A stretch of 64,000 bases of DNA from a virus. The translations under genes were made by a program, and so were the position numbers. Location of the stretch: the IMG/VR virus record IMGVR_UViG_3300012948_000003, positions 32,001 through 96,000 of that record. One strand, 5' to 3'. The notes under the pieces were generated by a model. The model was not told the DNA's origin and searched no databases. It was given only the letters and a program-made list of their open reading frames with translations. Positions 57,466 through 64,000 of this stretch are shown one piece after another (positions within the stretch are counted from its first letter, which is position 1; the number at the start of each line of letters is the position of its first letter).

Positions 57466-57944
57466 AGTTCATCCCAATGCTCTCGCATATACTTCTCGAT
57501 GCCTGCCGCAGGCATAAAGCGTTCATACATCGCTGCGAATTCATTGCGAGCCTTATCGTAAGATTCATCACTGATCACGTGGAGGTCTTTCGCAAGGAAG
57601 AGCATCGCGAGTGAAGGCGCTCGCGATGCTCCTTGATTACAATGCACCAATACGTTGTCACCCGCATTGTAATGATCTCGTACGAACTGGCGGAACATCT
57701 GAAAGCTCTGCTGCTTGAACAGCGGCACCGGAGGATCGATCATATTCAGAAAGAGATCGTTCCGGTATTGCGCAGCGAGATACTGCGGATGCGTTGTTGG
57801 CAAGTTGCCTTTGTAACCAACTGTACGTTTGTGACAGGGGTCCTTGACGCAATGCACAACTGCTTCGCCCGGCGCAAGGCAGAGCCCTAACGCACAGTCG
57901 TCCTGATCACCGATGTGTAATCGTTCATACACCTTCGTGCTCAC
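57462..57944 (-). CDS. Dual-specificity phosphatase
   Basis: VLVHCNQGASRAPS (CX5R). Confidence 0.88.
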   Translation of the reverse strand: MSTKVYERLHIGDQDDCALGLCLAPGEAVVHCVKDPCHKRTVGYKGNLPTTHPQYLAAQYRNDLFLNMIDPPVPLFKQQSFQMFRQFVRDHYNAGDNVLVHCNQGASRAPSLAMLFLAKDLHVISDESYDKARNEFAAMYERFMPAAGIEKYMREHWDEL

Positions 57945-58461
57945 CTAACTTCTCCTTTGCTTGAAGGAATAACCATGCGTCTCTTGTCCATCGCGCATCA
58001 GCAAGAGCGTGATGCTCTTTGTCTTGCTTTGGCAGACGCGGATTACCAATACTGTCGCACCATTGCTTGAGATCGCGGCAATACATCGGCCAGCCTTTAG
58101 GAAGATCGATCATTCGTCCGTAGAGCTGACAGAGCGCAACCCAATCATAGTCAGCGTAGTAAGCCCAAAACTCAGGCTTGTCGTGACCGACGAAAGAAAG
58201 AATACCGTTCGCAATCTCTTGACGATGCCAGAATCCACCGCAGCCTCCCTCACGTAGCCACTGATTACCTTCGCGCTTGTCAGCTTGCTGTGACCAGAGC
58301 TGCGATATAACGTTGTCGCGTACCCAATCATTCGCTCTAAACAAATCGGCTTCAATTGATTCAGCGTAGAACTCTCGATCATCCTCAGCGATGATACCAA
58401 TACTGATTAGATCAATCGTCTTGCCGTCCTCGATAAACTCAGTGTCGTACCAGTATTTCAT
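57925..58461 (-). CDS. DEDDh 3'-5' exoribonuclease (RNase AS/Rv2179c-like)
   Basis: YDTEFIEDG.TIDLISIG..ADYDWV..HHALADARW. Confidence 0.9.
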   Translation of the reverse strand: MKYWYDTEFIEDGKTIDLISIGIIAEDDREFYAESIEADLFRANDWVRDNVISQLWSQQADKREGNQWLREGGCGGFWHRQEIANGILSFVGHDKPEFWAYYADYDWVALCQLYGRMIDLPKGWPMYCRDLKQWCDSIGNPRLPKQDKEHHALADARWTRDAWLFLQAKEKLGEHEGV

Positions 58462-58879
58462 GCGTCGTAATAGTTCCCCAGCTTCAATGTCTCGATTGCA
58501 AGACCGATCAGCATCAGTCTCTGATCATTATCCATTGGATTCATCGGAGACAGCATTAATGCGCTCTTTCCGGCAAGCTGAGCAGCAACGCGCATCACTC
58601 GATCAGTGAGGCGATCCTCTTCTTCTCGATGCTGCTGAAGCTCCTTCTCAGCTAAGTTCTCTGCGTACTTGTCGATGTCCACGACTCATTGCCTCGCGAA
58701 TGTATTCGTCCATTACTTCGATCTGTATTTGACGAGCTTCGCTGCATTCACTACAGAGACCCGGATACTGCGGCGATATCAATCCGTTGATCAATCGTGC
58801 CATTCCTCGTATATGCTTCCACGGGTGTTCGTGCTGCGGTAACGGATCAGCATGCCTCTGTCCTGATGAAAGATAATAC

Positions 58880-59014
58880 TTAGTCACGCTTGATCAGTCT
58901 CCAAAGTCTTTCAAGGATCGAGCGTTTGCGAACGAGATAGAAACACAAATCAGTAACGATGAATACCGGGACAAACCCGATGGCAAACGATATCCAAAAG
59001 TGTTTCCAGTCCAT
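58880..59014 (-). CDS. 44-aa membrane peptide (below ORF-track cutoff)
   Basis: MDWKHFWISFAIGFVPVFIVTDLCFYLVRKR..; ATG abuts palindrome. Confidence 0.45.
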   Translation of the reverse strand: MDWKHFWISFAIGFVPVFIVTDLCFYLVRKRSILERLWRLIKRD

Positions 59015-59015
59015 T

Positions 59016-59029
59016 TTCTTTTAAAAGAA
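59016..59029. repeat. Palindrome copy 12
   Basis: Core, contains a stop codon. Confidence 0.95.
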
Positions 59030-59308
59030 TTCCTGATCCCTTGCGAAGTTCAATGCGTCAACAATAAGACAGGCGTCGTCTTCGTTCTCGCTGATTGCAA
59101 TGCAACGCCCGTCCTCTTTGATATGATACTCGCCGAACTTGTTCACATAGCTGTATGGACGCTTCGTTGCTCTTATGAGACCGGAGTACTTTCGCTGATC
59201 GATCTTCACGACCTTCATTTCCGTAGCAGGTACCTCGTCATAAATCTTCGCGGCAACTCCCTCAGTGTTCTGATTGAAGTGCTTCGCTAGCATTGACCGC
59301 AGGCTCAT
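59021..59308 (-). CDS. Hypothetical protein
   Basis: ORF track; its stop codon is inside the palindrome. Confidence 0.55.
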   Translation of the reverse strand: MSLRSMLAKHFNQNTEGVAAKIYDEVPATEMKVVKIDQRKYSGLIRATKRPYSYVNKFGEYHIKEDGRCIAISENEDDACLIVDALNFARDQEFF

Positions 59309-59309
59309 A

Positions 59310-59924
59310 TTATTCCTTGTTGCCGTTTGTAGGCTTAATCACAAGGTCCTCGCCTCGAAGCAGCTTTACGTCTTCAGCCGGAATACCAAGCTGAATCATA
59401 TGCGCCAGAGCTACCTTTAGCTCCCAGCCATTATTTAAGAGTTCTTGGGCCATCATAGTAACTGCTACTCGCTTCTGCTCTGTTACATCAATTACTATCG
59501 GTGCGCCATTCAATCCAGTCAGCTCATTGCGTTGAGTTATGCGATAGGTCTCCGGGATGTGAGCTTCGAGCATTCGTATTGTAAGCTGTGTCTCGTGCTG
59601 AGTTGTCTTCGCGACGCTTGTGATATTGCCTTTGTTATCGTAGAACTCCCGGACAGATTCAGTTCCATTCACTGCTCGCTCATATGCTGATGCTTGTAGT
59701 TTCTCCTTTGCTGCGTTGTATGCATTCTCGATCATCTCTGCGAATGCAGGATCGTTCTGAAGATATCTGTAATAGGTTTGCCGACTGATGCCAACCTTTC
59801 TGCAAGCCGCTGTTGGACTCAATGTGCGCTCGTATTCCTCTGCAACAATCTCTTGCCAATTGTCACAAAGGATCGGTCCCTTCGGAAGACTGACCCGACC
59901 GTTTCCATTTGGATGACTACTCAT
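59310..59924 (-). CDS. terS: Terminase small subunit
   Basis: HTH TAACRKVGISRQTYYRY..DPAFAE..A.ERAVNG..L.IRMLEAH.PE.Y..ELTG.NGAPI. Confidence 0.85.
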   Translation of the reverse strand: MSSHPNGNGRVSLPKGPILCDNWQEIVAEEYERTLSPTAACRKVGISRQTYYRYLQNDPAFAEMIENAYNAAKEKLQASAYERAVNGTESVREFYDNKGNITSVAKTTQHETQLTIRMLEAHIPETYRITQRNELTGLNGAPIVIDVTEQKRVAVTMMAQELLNNGWELKVALAHMIQLGIPAEDVKLLRGEDLVIKPTNGNKE

Positions 59925-60261
59925 GTACGCTCGCGTTGGGAAGTCTAAGAAGGGAACTGTAAGTCTGATAACTCTCAAAGCTCAGACCTTCTCCCGGATT
60001 CCTATAGACTGGAACTCTATAACCTCTGCTACTGATCTTTACTTCGCCGTCTCGTAAGAAGGCTTGATAGAGAGTTGCGTGTCGTTCGAACTGCTCTACA
60101 ATGGCCGGGTTGATCACTTTGCTTATAACCGCTTCGATCTCGTTGAGACAGAGACTGACAGTAGGCTCAGGCTTGAAGATACGAACGAAGGGCATTGCTG
60201 GCGCTATTGCAATCCCAGCCAGTCCTGCTCCTAATGTTCGAAGGAAATTACGCCTGTTCAT
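59917..60261 (-). CDS. Twin-arginine-signal protein carrying a capsid N-terminus homolog
   Basis: MNRRNFLRTLGAGLAGIAIAP, then a segment 20/51 identical to this phage's capsid residues 6-56. Confidence 0.75.
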   Translation of the reverse strand: MNRRNFLRTLGAGLAGIAIAPAMPFVRIFKPEPTVSLCLNEIEAVISKVINPAIVEQFERHATLYQAFLRDGEVKISSRGYRVPVYRNPGEGLSFESYQTYSSLLRLPNASVHE

Positions 60262-60384
60262 CTTTACTTCGCCAATGTCCTCAAGTCTTCAACCTTCTTA
60301 AGGCAGTCATCGCAGAGCGCTTTATATCGTTCGCCTGCGTGGCAATGAGTAAGAATAGGACAATCGTACGTTGCCCCGCATTGC

Positions 60385-60843
60385 TCACATTGGTGCTGAT
60401 GAAGACCGCTCTGCATCGTAGTGGCTCCGCTGCAACATCGATCTACCTATTAAAGGCTCTGGTAAGACTCCGCCTTCATCGAAGGGCGCTGCTAAGTCAG
60501 GGAAACATAATACTGCTTTCCTTACTCGAACGCAGAGAATGCAACCGCATTCCTCCGGTGATAGACATTCAAGAGTTTCTAGCTCATCTCCAGACCAGCG
60601 AATCCCTACTGCGAATCGTTGATTAACTTCGCCGTCCTGATTAAGTATCTTAGCGAAGACCCATGCCTGTGCGAGATCAGTGTAATAACTATTACTGTCT
60701 TTACGAAGAGTAACATGAATAGTATCCATCGGACCGCGAATGGTCCAAATGTTAAACTCTTCGCCAACCTCCGGAGGTCGCGGTAAGAGATTGAAAGCAT
60801 CTTCTACGTGCTTCTGTATCACGTCAAAACTATTGTTCGACAT
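60385..60843 (-). CDS. Hypothetical protein
   Basis: ORF track. Confidence 0.5.
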   Translation of the reverse strand: MSNNSFDVIQKHVEDAFNLLPRPPEVGEEFNIWTIRGPMDTIHVTLRKDSNSYYTDLAQAWVFAKILNQDGEVNQRFAVGIRWSGDELETLECLSPEECGCILCVRVRKAVLCFPDLAAPFDEGGVLPEPLIGRSMLQRSHYDAERSSSAPM

Positions 60844-61002
60844 TCAATTCGACTCTCACTGCCAATGTCATATAGTAGCGAAGGTACTTCCTGAGTATTG
60901 GAGCGCACATTACAATGTGTCCACGCTCGATCAGAAACCCGGCGCAGAAGACTTTGGTCGTAACTTGATAGAGTCCGTCTTGCATTGTGAACAGATCGCT
61001 TC

Positions 61003-61020
61003 TTTTCTTTTAAAAGAAAA
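61003..61020. repeat. Palindrome copy 13 (inside an ORF, read as FSFKRK)
   Basis: 18-bp form. Confidence 0.95.
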
Positions 61021-61069
61021 TATTGCCCAGCGATACCTGCACTTCTCGCAGACCATAAAGACTACTGGT

Positions 61070-61480
61070 TCAGGCGGATCGAGTGGAACTTGCGCCATGA
61101 TCACACACCAGATGTCCGCATACTTCACAAGCAGGTAACAGCTCGATGCGCTTGCCGCCTTTGATATCTATTCGCTCTCCTACCTTCGTGAAGAACTCGA
61201 AGTCAATGCGATGTCGTTCTGCTGCGCGTTCTTCTAAAAGAAAAATCATCATCCGAGCGTGATAGATAGCTTTCTGATTCGCCGCGTGTGGCTTCTGCTT
61301 GTCAACATAGTTCAAGCGATCTATTAACATCCTGAGAACTTCTTGAACTTGTATTCCGCCGTGATGACCACGATTCCACGGGTAACCTTTGCCGTTTCGT
61401 TTAACGAATGCCACGTGCTGCAACGGACCATTGTCGATTGCTTCAAGCAAATAAGAATGCCCGGCGCTCAGTACTTTCAT
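61070..61480 (-). CDS. Possible divergent Tad1/Acb2-like protein with C-terminal CxxC
   Basis: GHSY.L..Q.VAFVKR..G.QVQEVLRMLIDRL.Y..P..AN..AI..LEERA..R. Confidence 0.5.
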   Translation of the reverse strand: MKVLSAGHSYLLEAIDNGPLQHVAFVKRNGKGYPWNRGHHGGIQVQEVLRMLIDRLNYVDKQKPHAANQKAIYHARMMIFLLEERAAERHRIDFEFFTKVGERIDIKGGKRIELLPACEVCGHLVCDHGASSTRSA

Positions 61481-61758
61481 TTCGCTCGTGCTTTCATTTC
61501 CGCTTTAAGCCTTCCCTTACGCTCTTCGAGAGACTGGTCGTGTTCTGGATGTGATTTTAACCACACCTGCATCTGTCTTGCGCAACGTCGAGCTTCGTCT
61601 ATCTTTTCGTTGGGACCAAAGACAGCTTGTCGTTCATCTGCCCAACGTAATATCAACGCAGGAGCCGCAGGGTCTTTAGCGCGAAGCACAAAGAACGGCT
61701 CGTCATCTTCGAGCTTCGCATAGCAATCATACTTACCGGGGTTATCTTTCGTGCCCAC
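61477..61758 (-). CDS. Hypothetical phage protein (DEPFFVLRAKD type)
   Basis: YAK..DEPFFVLRAKDPAAP..W. Confidence 0.65.
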   Translation of the reverse strand: MGTKDNPGKYDCYAKLEDDEPFFVLRAKDPAAPALILRWADERQAVFGPNEKIDEARRCARQMQVWLKSHPEHDQSLEERKGRLKAEMKARAK

Positions 61759-62059
61759 TATTTGTATTCTCCGTTCGGTTTTGGCATATCGTAATCGCCG
61801 ACAGCTTCTTTCAGTTCTTCGATGAACTCTCTGTTCGTGTGATACTTGTATTCGCTGTTGTGCTCAACGATCTCAACAAGGCATTGAGCTAGCAGCCTGC
61901 GGTACTTACCGTTCTCTTCGACTGTATGATCCAGCAGACTATGATCTGCTTCGTGCTGTTGTTTCTGTTTGCGATTAGCTTCAATCGCTTCTCGGGTTAA
62001 TAGCTCAATCTGCGCTAACGATTGTTGGAAGTGATCTATTACGCTGACTGTCTCGTCAC

Positions 62060-62263
62060 TCATTGTGTACTGTTCTCGCAGCCGGAAACGCATTGATCAT
62101 ACTTGCTCAGGCAATAGTCAATATCTCCGGTGAAGCAAATACTTAATTCGGTAATGCATCTTGTACGACACCAAATGCCAGCTTGCGCTACTGCTTGCTT
62201 GTTGAATGCTGGCATCACCAGTAGCAGTGCCCCTGCTAAAACGAGCGACAATCTTTTCTTCAC
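62060..62263 (-). CDS. Secreted Cys-rich peptide
   Basis: AAGGAG + GTG start; signal peptide ending AVA; six Cys. Confidence 0.6.
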   Translation of the reverse strand: MKKRLSLVLAGALLLVMPAFNKQAVAQAGIWCRTRCITELSICFTGDIDYCLSKYDQCVSGCENSTQ

Positions 62264-62435
62264 AGCTTTCTCCTTTGTCTGGTATATGGACTTAGGTGTT
62301 CAGCTAGCAGAACAATTGCTATGCTCAGCACGAAAATGAATTCAATCATCATTGGGGCCTTGCCTTTTCTCGCGTTCCAGTCTTTCCATTCCAATAGCGC
62401 CGTATCTGTAACAACTATCACATCCGCAGATCGGG

Positions 62436-62795
62436 CTATGCTTTTTCGCTATCGGTTCGAGGCGCTGCTCCTCCGACTCCAATGCTTCGTTTGACATCTC
62501 TCGCGGCTGCTTCATGCTTTCGGAACCTGCGAACGAATTGGTTTACGCGTGACATCTCACGACGTATATTCAGAGCCTGAGCGTTAAGCTCCTCTATTGT
62601 AGCTGGCACAACATCTAGCGTGTCTGTGAACTTCATCCACTTCCCACAGTGCAGACACGCAGTGAAGTCACCGGGTGAAGGAACCTCGCCGCCTCGAAAA
62701 GTACTAGCAGCGTCTAACGCGTGGCCGCAGCTCGGACAGGATGTCTTTGGCGTTATCGCCGTCTTTCCGTCTTCGTAGAATTCAGGACTGCTCAT
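62436..62795 (-). CDS. Zinc-ribbon protein
   Basis: CPSCG..P.PGD...CLHCG. Confidence 0.6.
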   Translation of the reverse strand: MSSPEFYEDGKTAITPKTSCPSCGHALDAASTFRGGEVPSPGDFTACLHCGKWMKFTDTLDVVPATIEELNAQALNIRREMSRVNQFVRRFRKHEAAARDVKRSIGVGGAAPRTDSEKA

Positions 62796-63165
62796 ATTCC
62801 TTGATCACCGTCATCGTAATCATGCCGTCAACAAGATCGAAGTTGCATATGACGCGTTTGCCATCACCGAAGTACATACCGATCCAGAATGCACCTGCTG
62901 TCATTCGCTCGACGTGAACCGTCTTGACATCATCGACGATTACTTCTTCAGGTCCGAGTTCATCGTGCCTGACTTCCACGCGATACTGCGGTCTCGTTTT
63001 CTTCTTCGATTTGGTCATGAAATAGATGACAGTTTCCGCAATACTTATTCTTGATGTCGCCCGGATTGTAGGATGTCATACCACATCTCGGGCAGATGAT
63101 TCTGTCCTGTCCATCTCTGAATGGAAGCTCTGGTAAGAGCCCGTAGCCGTCATTGATCTCGCTCA

Positions 63166-63405
63166 TCATTTCCTCGGATAATGTCTTCCAAGTTGGTCGT
63201 AGTGACTTGGGTTGTGTTCAGGCAGGCATAAGAAGGCGTCACACCTAACTGCATTAACCAGTGTGACAGAGTTATCAGTTCGCAGGACCCCGAGACGCTC
63301 ACCACTCGCCTTCCAATAGTAGCCCTCCGTTGGGTCGTATCCGAGTTCTTCTTGTTCTTCAAGGCGATCACATAGCTCCCGGCAGATTTGATTTACGTCT
63401 TTCAT
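63166..63405 (-). CDS. Hypothetical protein
   Basis: ATG abuts palindrome. Confidence 0.45.
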   Translation of the reverse strand: MKDVNQICRELCDRLEEQEELGYDPTEGYYWKASGERLGVLRTDNSVTLVNAVRCDAFLCLPEHNPSHYDQLGRHYPRK

Positions 63406-63629
63406 TTTTCTTTTAAAAGAAATTCACTGAGTTCTTCGTTGCGTCTTGCCTGTGCTGCAATCATTGGATGCTTCGCAAGGAACTTCTCCCAACAATCGTT
63501 GCAGCATTCCGAGAGATCACCTGAACTTAACAACGACATCTCTCGAAGTGGCTTCGCTGCTCCGCAATGTAAGCAATGATACCGTGCCTCGTATTCTTCC
63601 GTCTGGTGCTTACGTCGCGGCATATTCAA
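63402..63629 (-). CDS. Small zinc-finger protein
   Basis: CLHC..CNDC; ends FLLKEK, encoded by the palindrome. Confidence 0.5.
   Translation of the reverse strand: MNMPRRKHQTEEYEARYHCLHCGAAKPLREMSLLSSGDLSECCNDCWEKFLAKHPMIAAQARRNEELSEFLLKEK
63408..63421. repeat. Palindrome copy 14
   Basis: Core. Confidence 0.95.
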
Positions 63630-63680
63630 GGGTCCCGGCTCGGTGGATCAGACCGAGCCGGGCAGGGATTCCCTGTGCTC

Positions 63681-64000
63681 TTATGGAGCGCAGAGACCTA
63701 CAGTCTTACTCGTTGCTCCAGTGCAGCCCTTCGAGTCTGTCACTGTTACTGAGTAAGAGCCTGTCGCGTTGACTGACCTCGTGGCATTCGTTGAACCGTC
63801 ATCCCAAAGGAATGTGTATGGTCCAGTGCCACCGCTAGGTGTAGCCGTTAAGTTAATGCTCGATGCTGTGCTGCAAGTTACAGCAGCAATCGAGACTGTT
63901 GGTTTCGCATTGACCGTCAGTACGCCGCTATTGCCTGCTGAACATCCATAGGAGTCAGTCACGACCACACTGTAGGTCCCTGCTACTGTTACACTGATGC
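63681..64000 (-). CDS. SprB/PKD-like Ig-repeat protein, 3' part only
   Basis: GGTGPYTFLW..GSYSVTVTDSKGC and a preceding GTYSVVVTDSYGC repeat; 5' end outside window. Confidence 0.75.
   Translation of the reverse strand, partial: ISVTVAGTYSVVVTDSYGCSAGNSGVLTVNAKPTVSIAAVTCSTASSINLTATPSGGTGPYTFLWDDGSTNATRSVNATGSYSVTVTDSKGCTGATSKTVGLCAP

Noticed and set aside
63634-63675. Hairpins after the SprB-like gene as a terminator
   Set aside because: An 11-bp stem is present but no U-tract on either side; function unsupported
1-64000. tRNA/rRNA genes, integrase, replication genes, host assignment
   Set aside because: None recognised by eye; tRNAscan and host prediction were not run, so absence is not proven

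Overview
A 64-kb internal segment of a tailed dsDNA bacteriophage with podovirus-like layout (no tape-measure gene; a giant ejection-type protein instead). Almost all genes are on the minus strand. In transcription order (right to left): small accessory genes (Tad1-like proteins, a Tat-signal/capsid-fragment chimera), terminase small subunit, RNase AS-like exonuclease, lysis genes flanked by two CX5R phosphatases, an HNH gene, a 1.07-kb TIGR-type dual-repeat array, a Dam-type methyltransferase, terminase large subunit, collagen-like fibre, many small genes, portal, Gly-rich fibre, scaffold, major capsid, a glycosyl/methyltransferase cluster, adaptor/tail genes, a GYT-collagen fibre with a GT fusion enzyme, and a >3000-aa polyvalent protein that runs off the left edge and is missing from the ORF track. 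Main findings: (1) a 30-unit, 36-nt-period alternating two-repeat array (50614-51686) matching TIGR guide-RNA architecture, with no Nop-domain Tas gene visible in the window; (2) a perfect palindrome TTCTTTTAAAAGAA found 14 times at 2-8 kb spacing, mostly at gene junctions; (3) a Tat-signal protein carrying a copy of the capsid N-terminus; (4) a small gene nested in the giant ORF. All calls come from reading motifs by eye; no searches were run.
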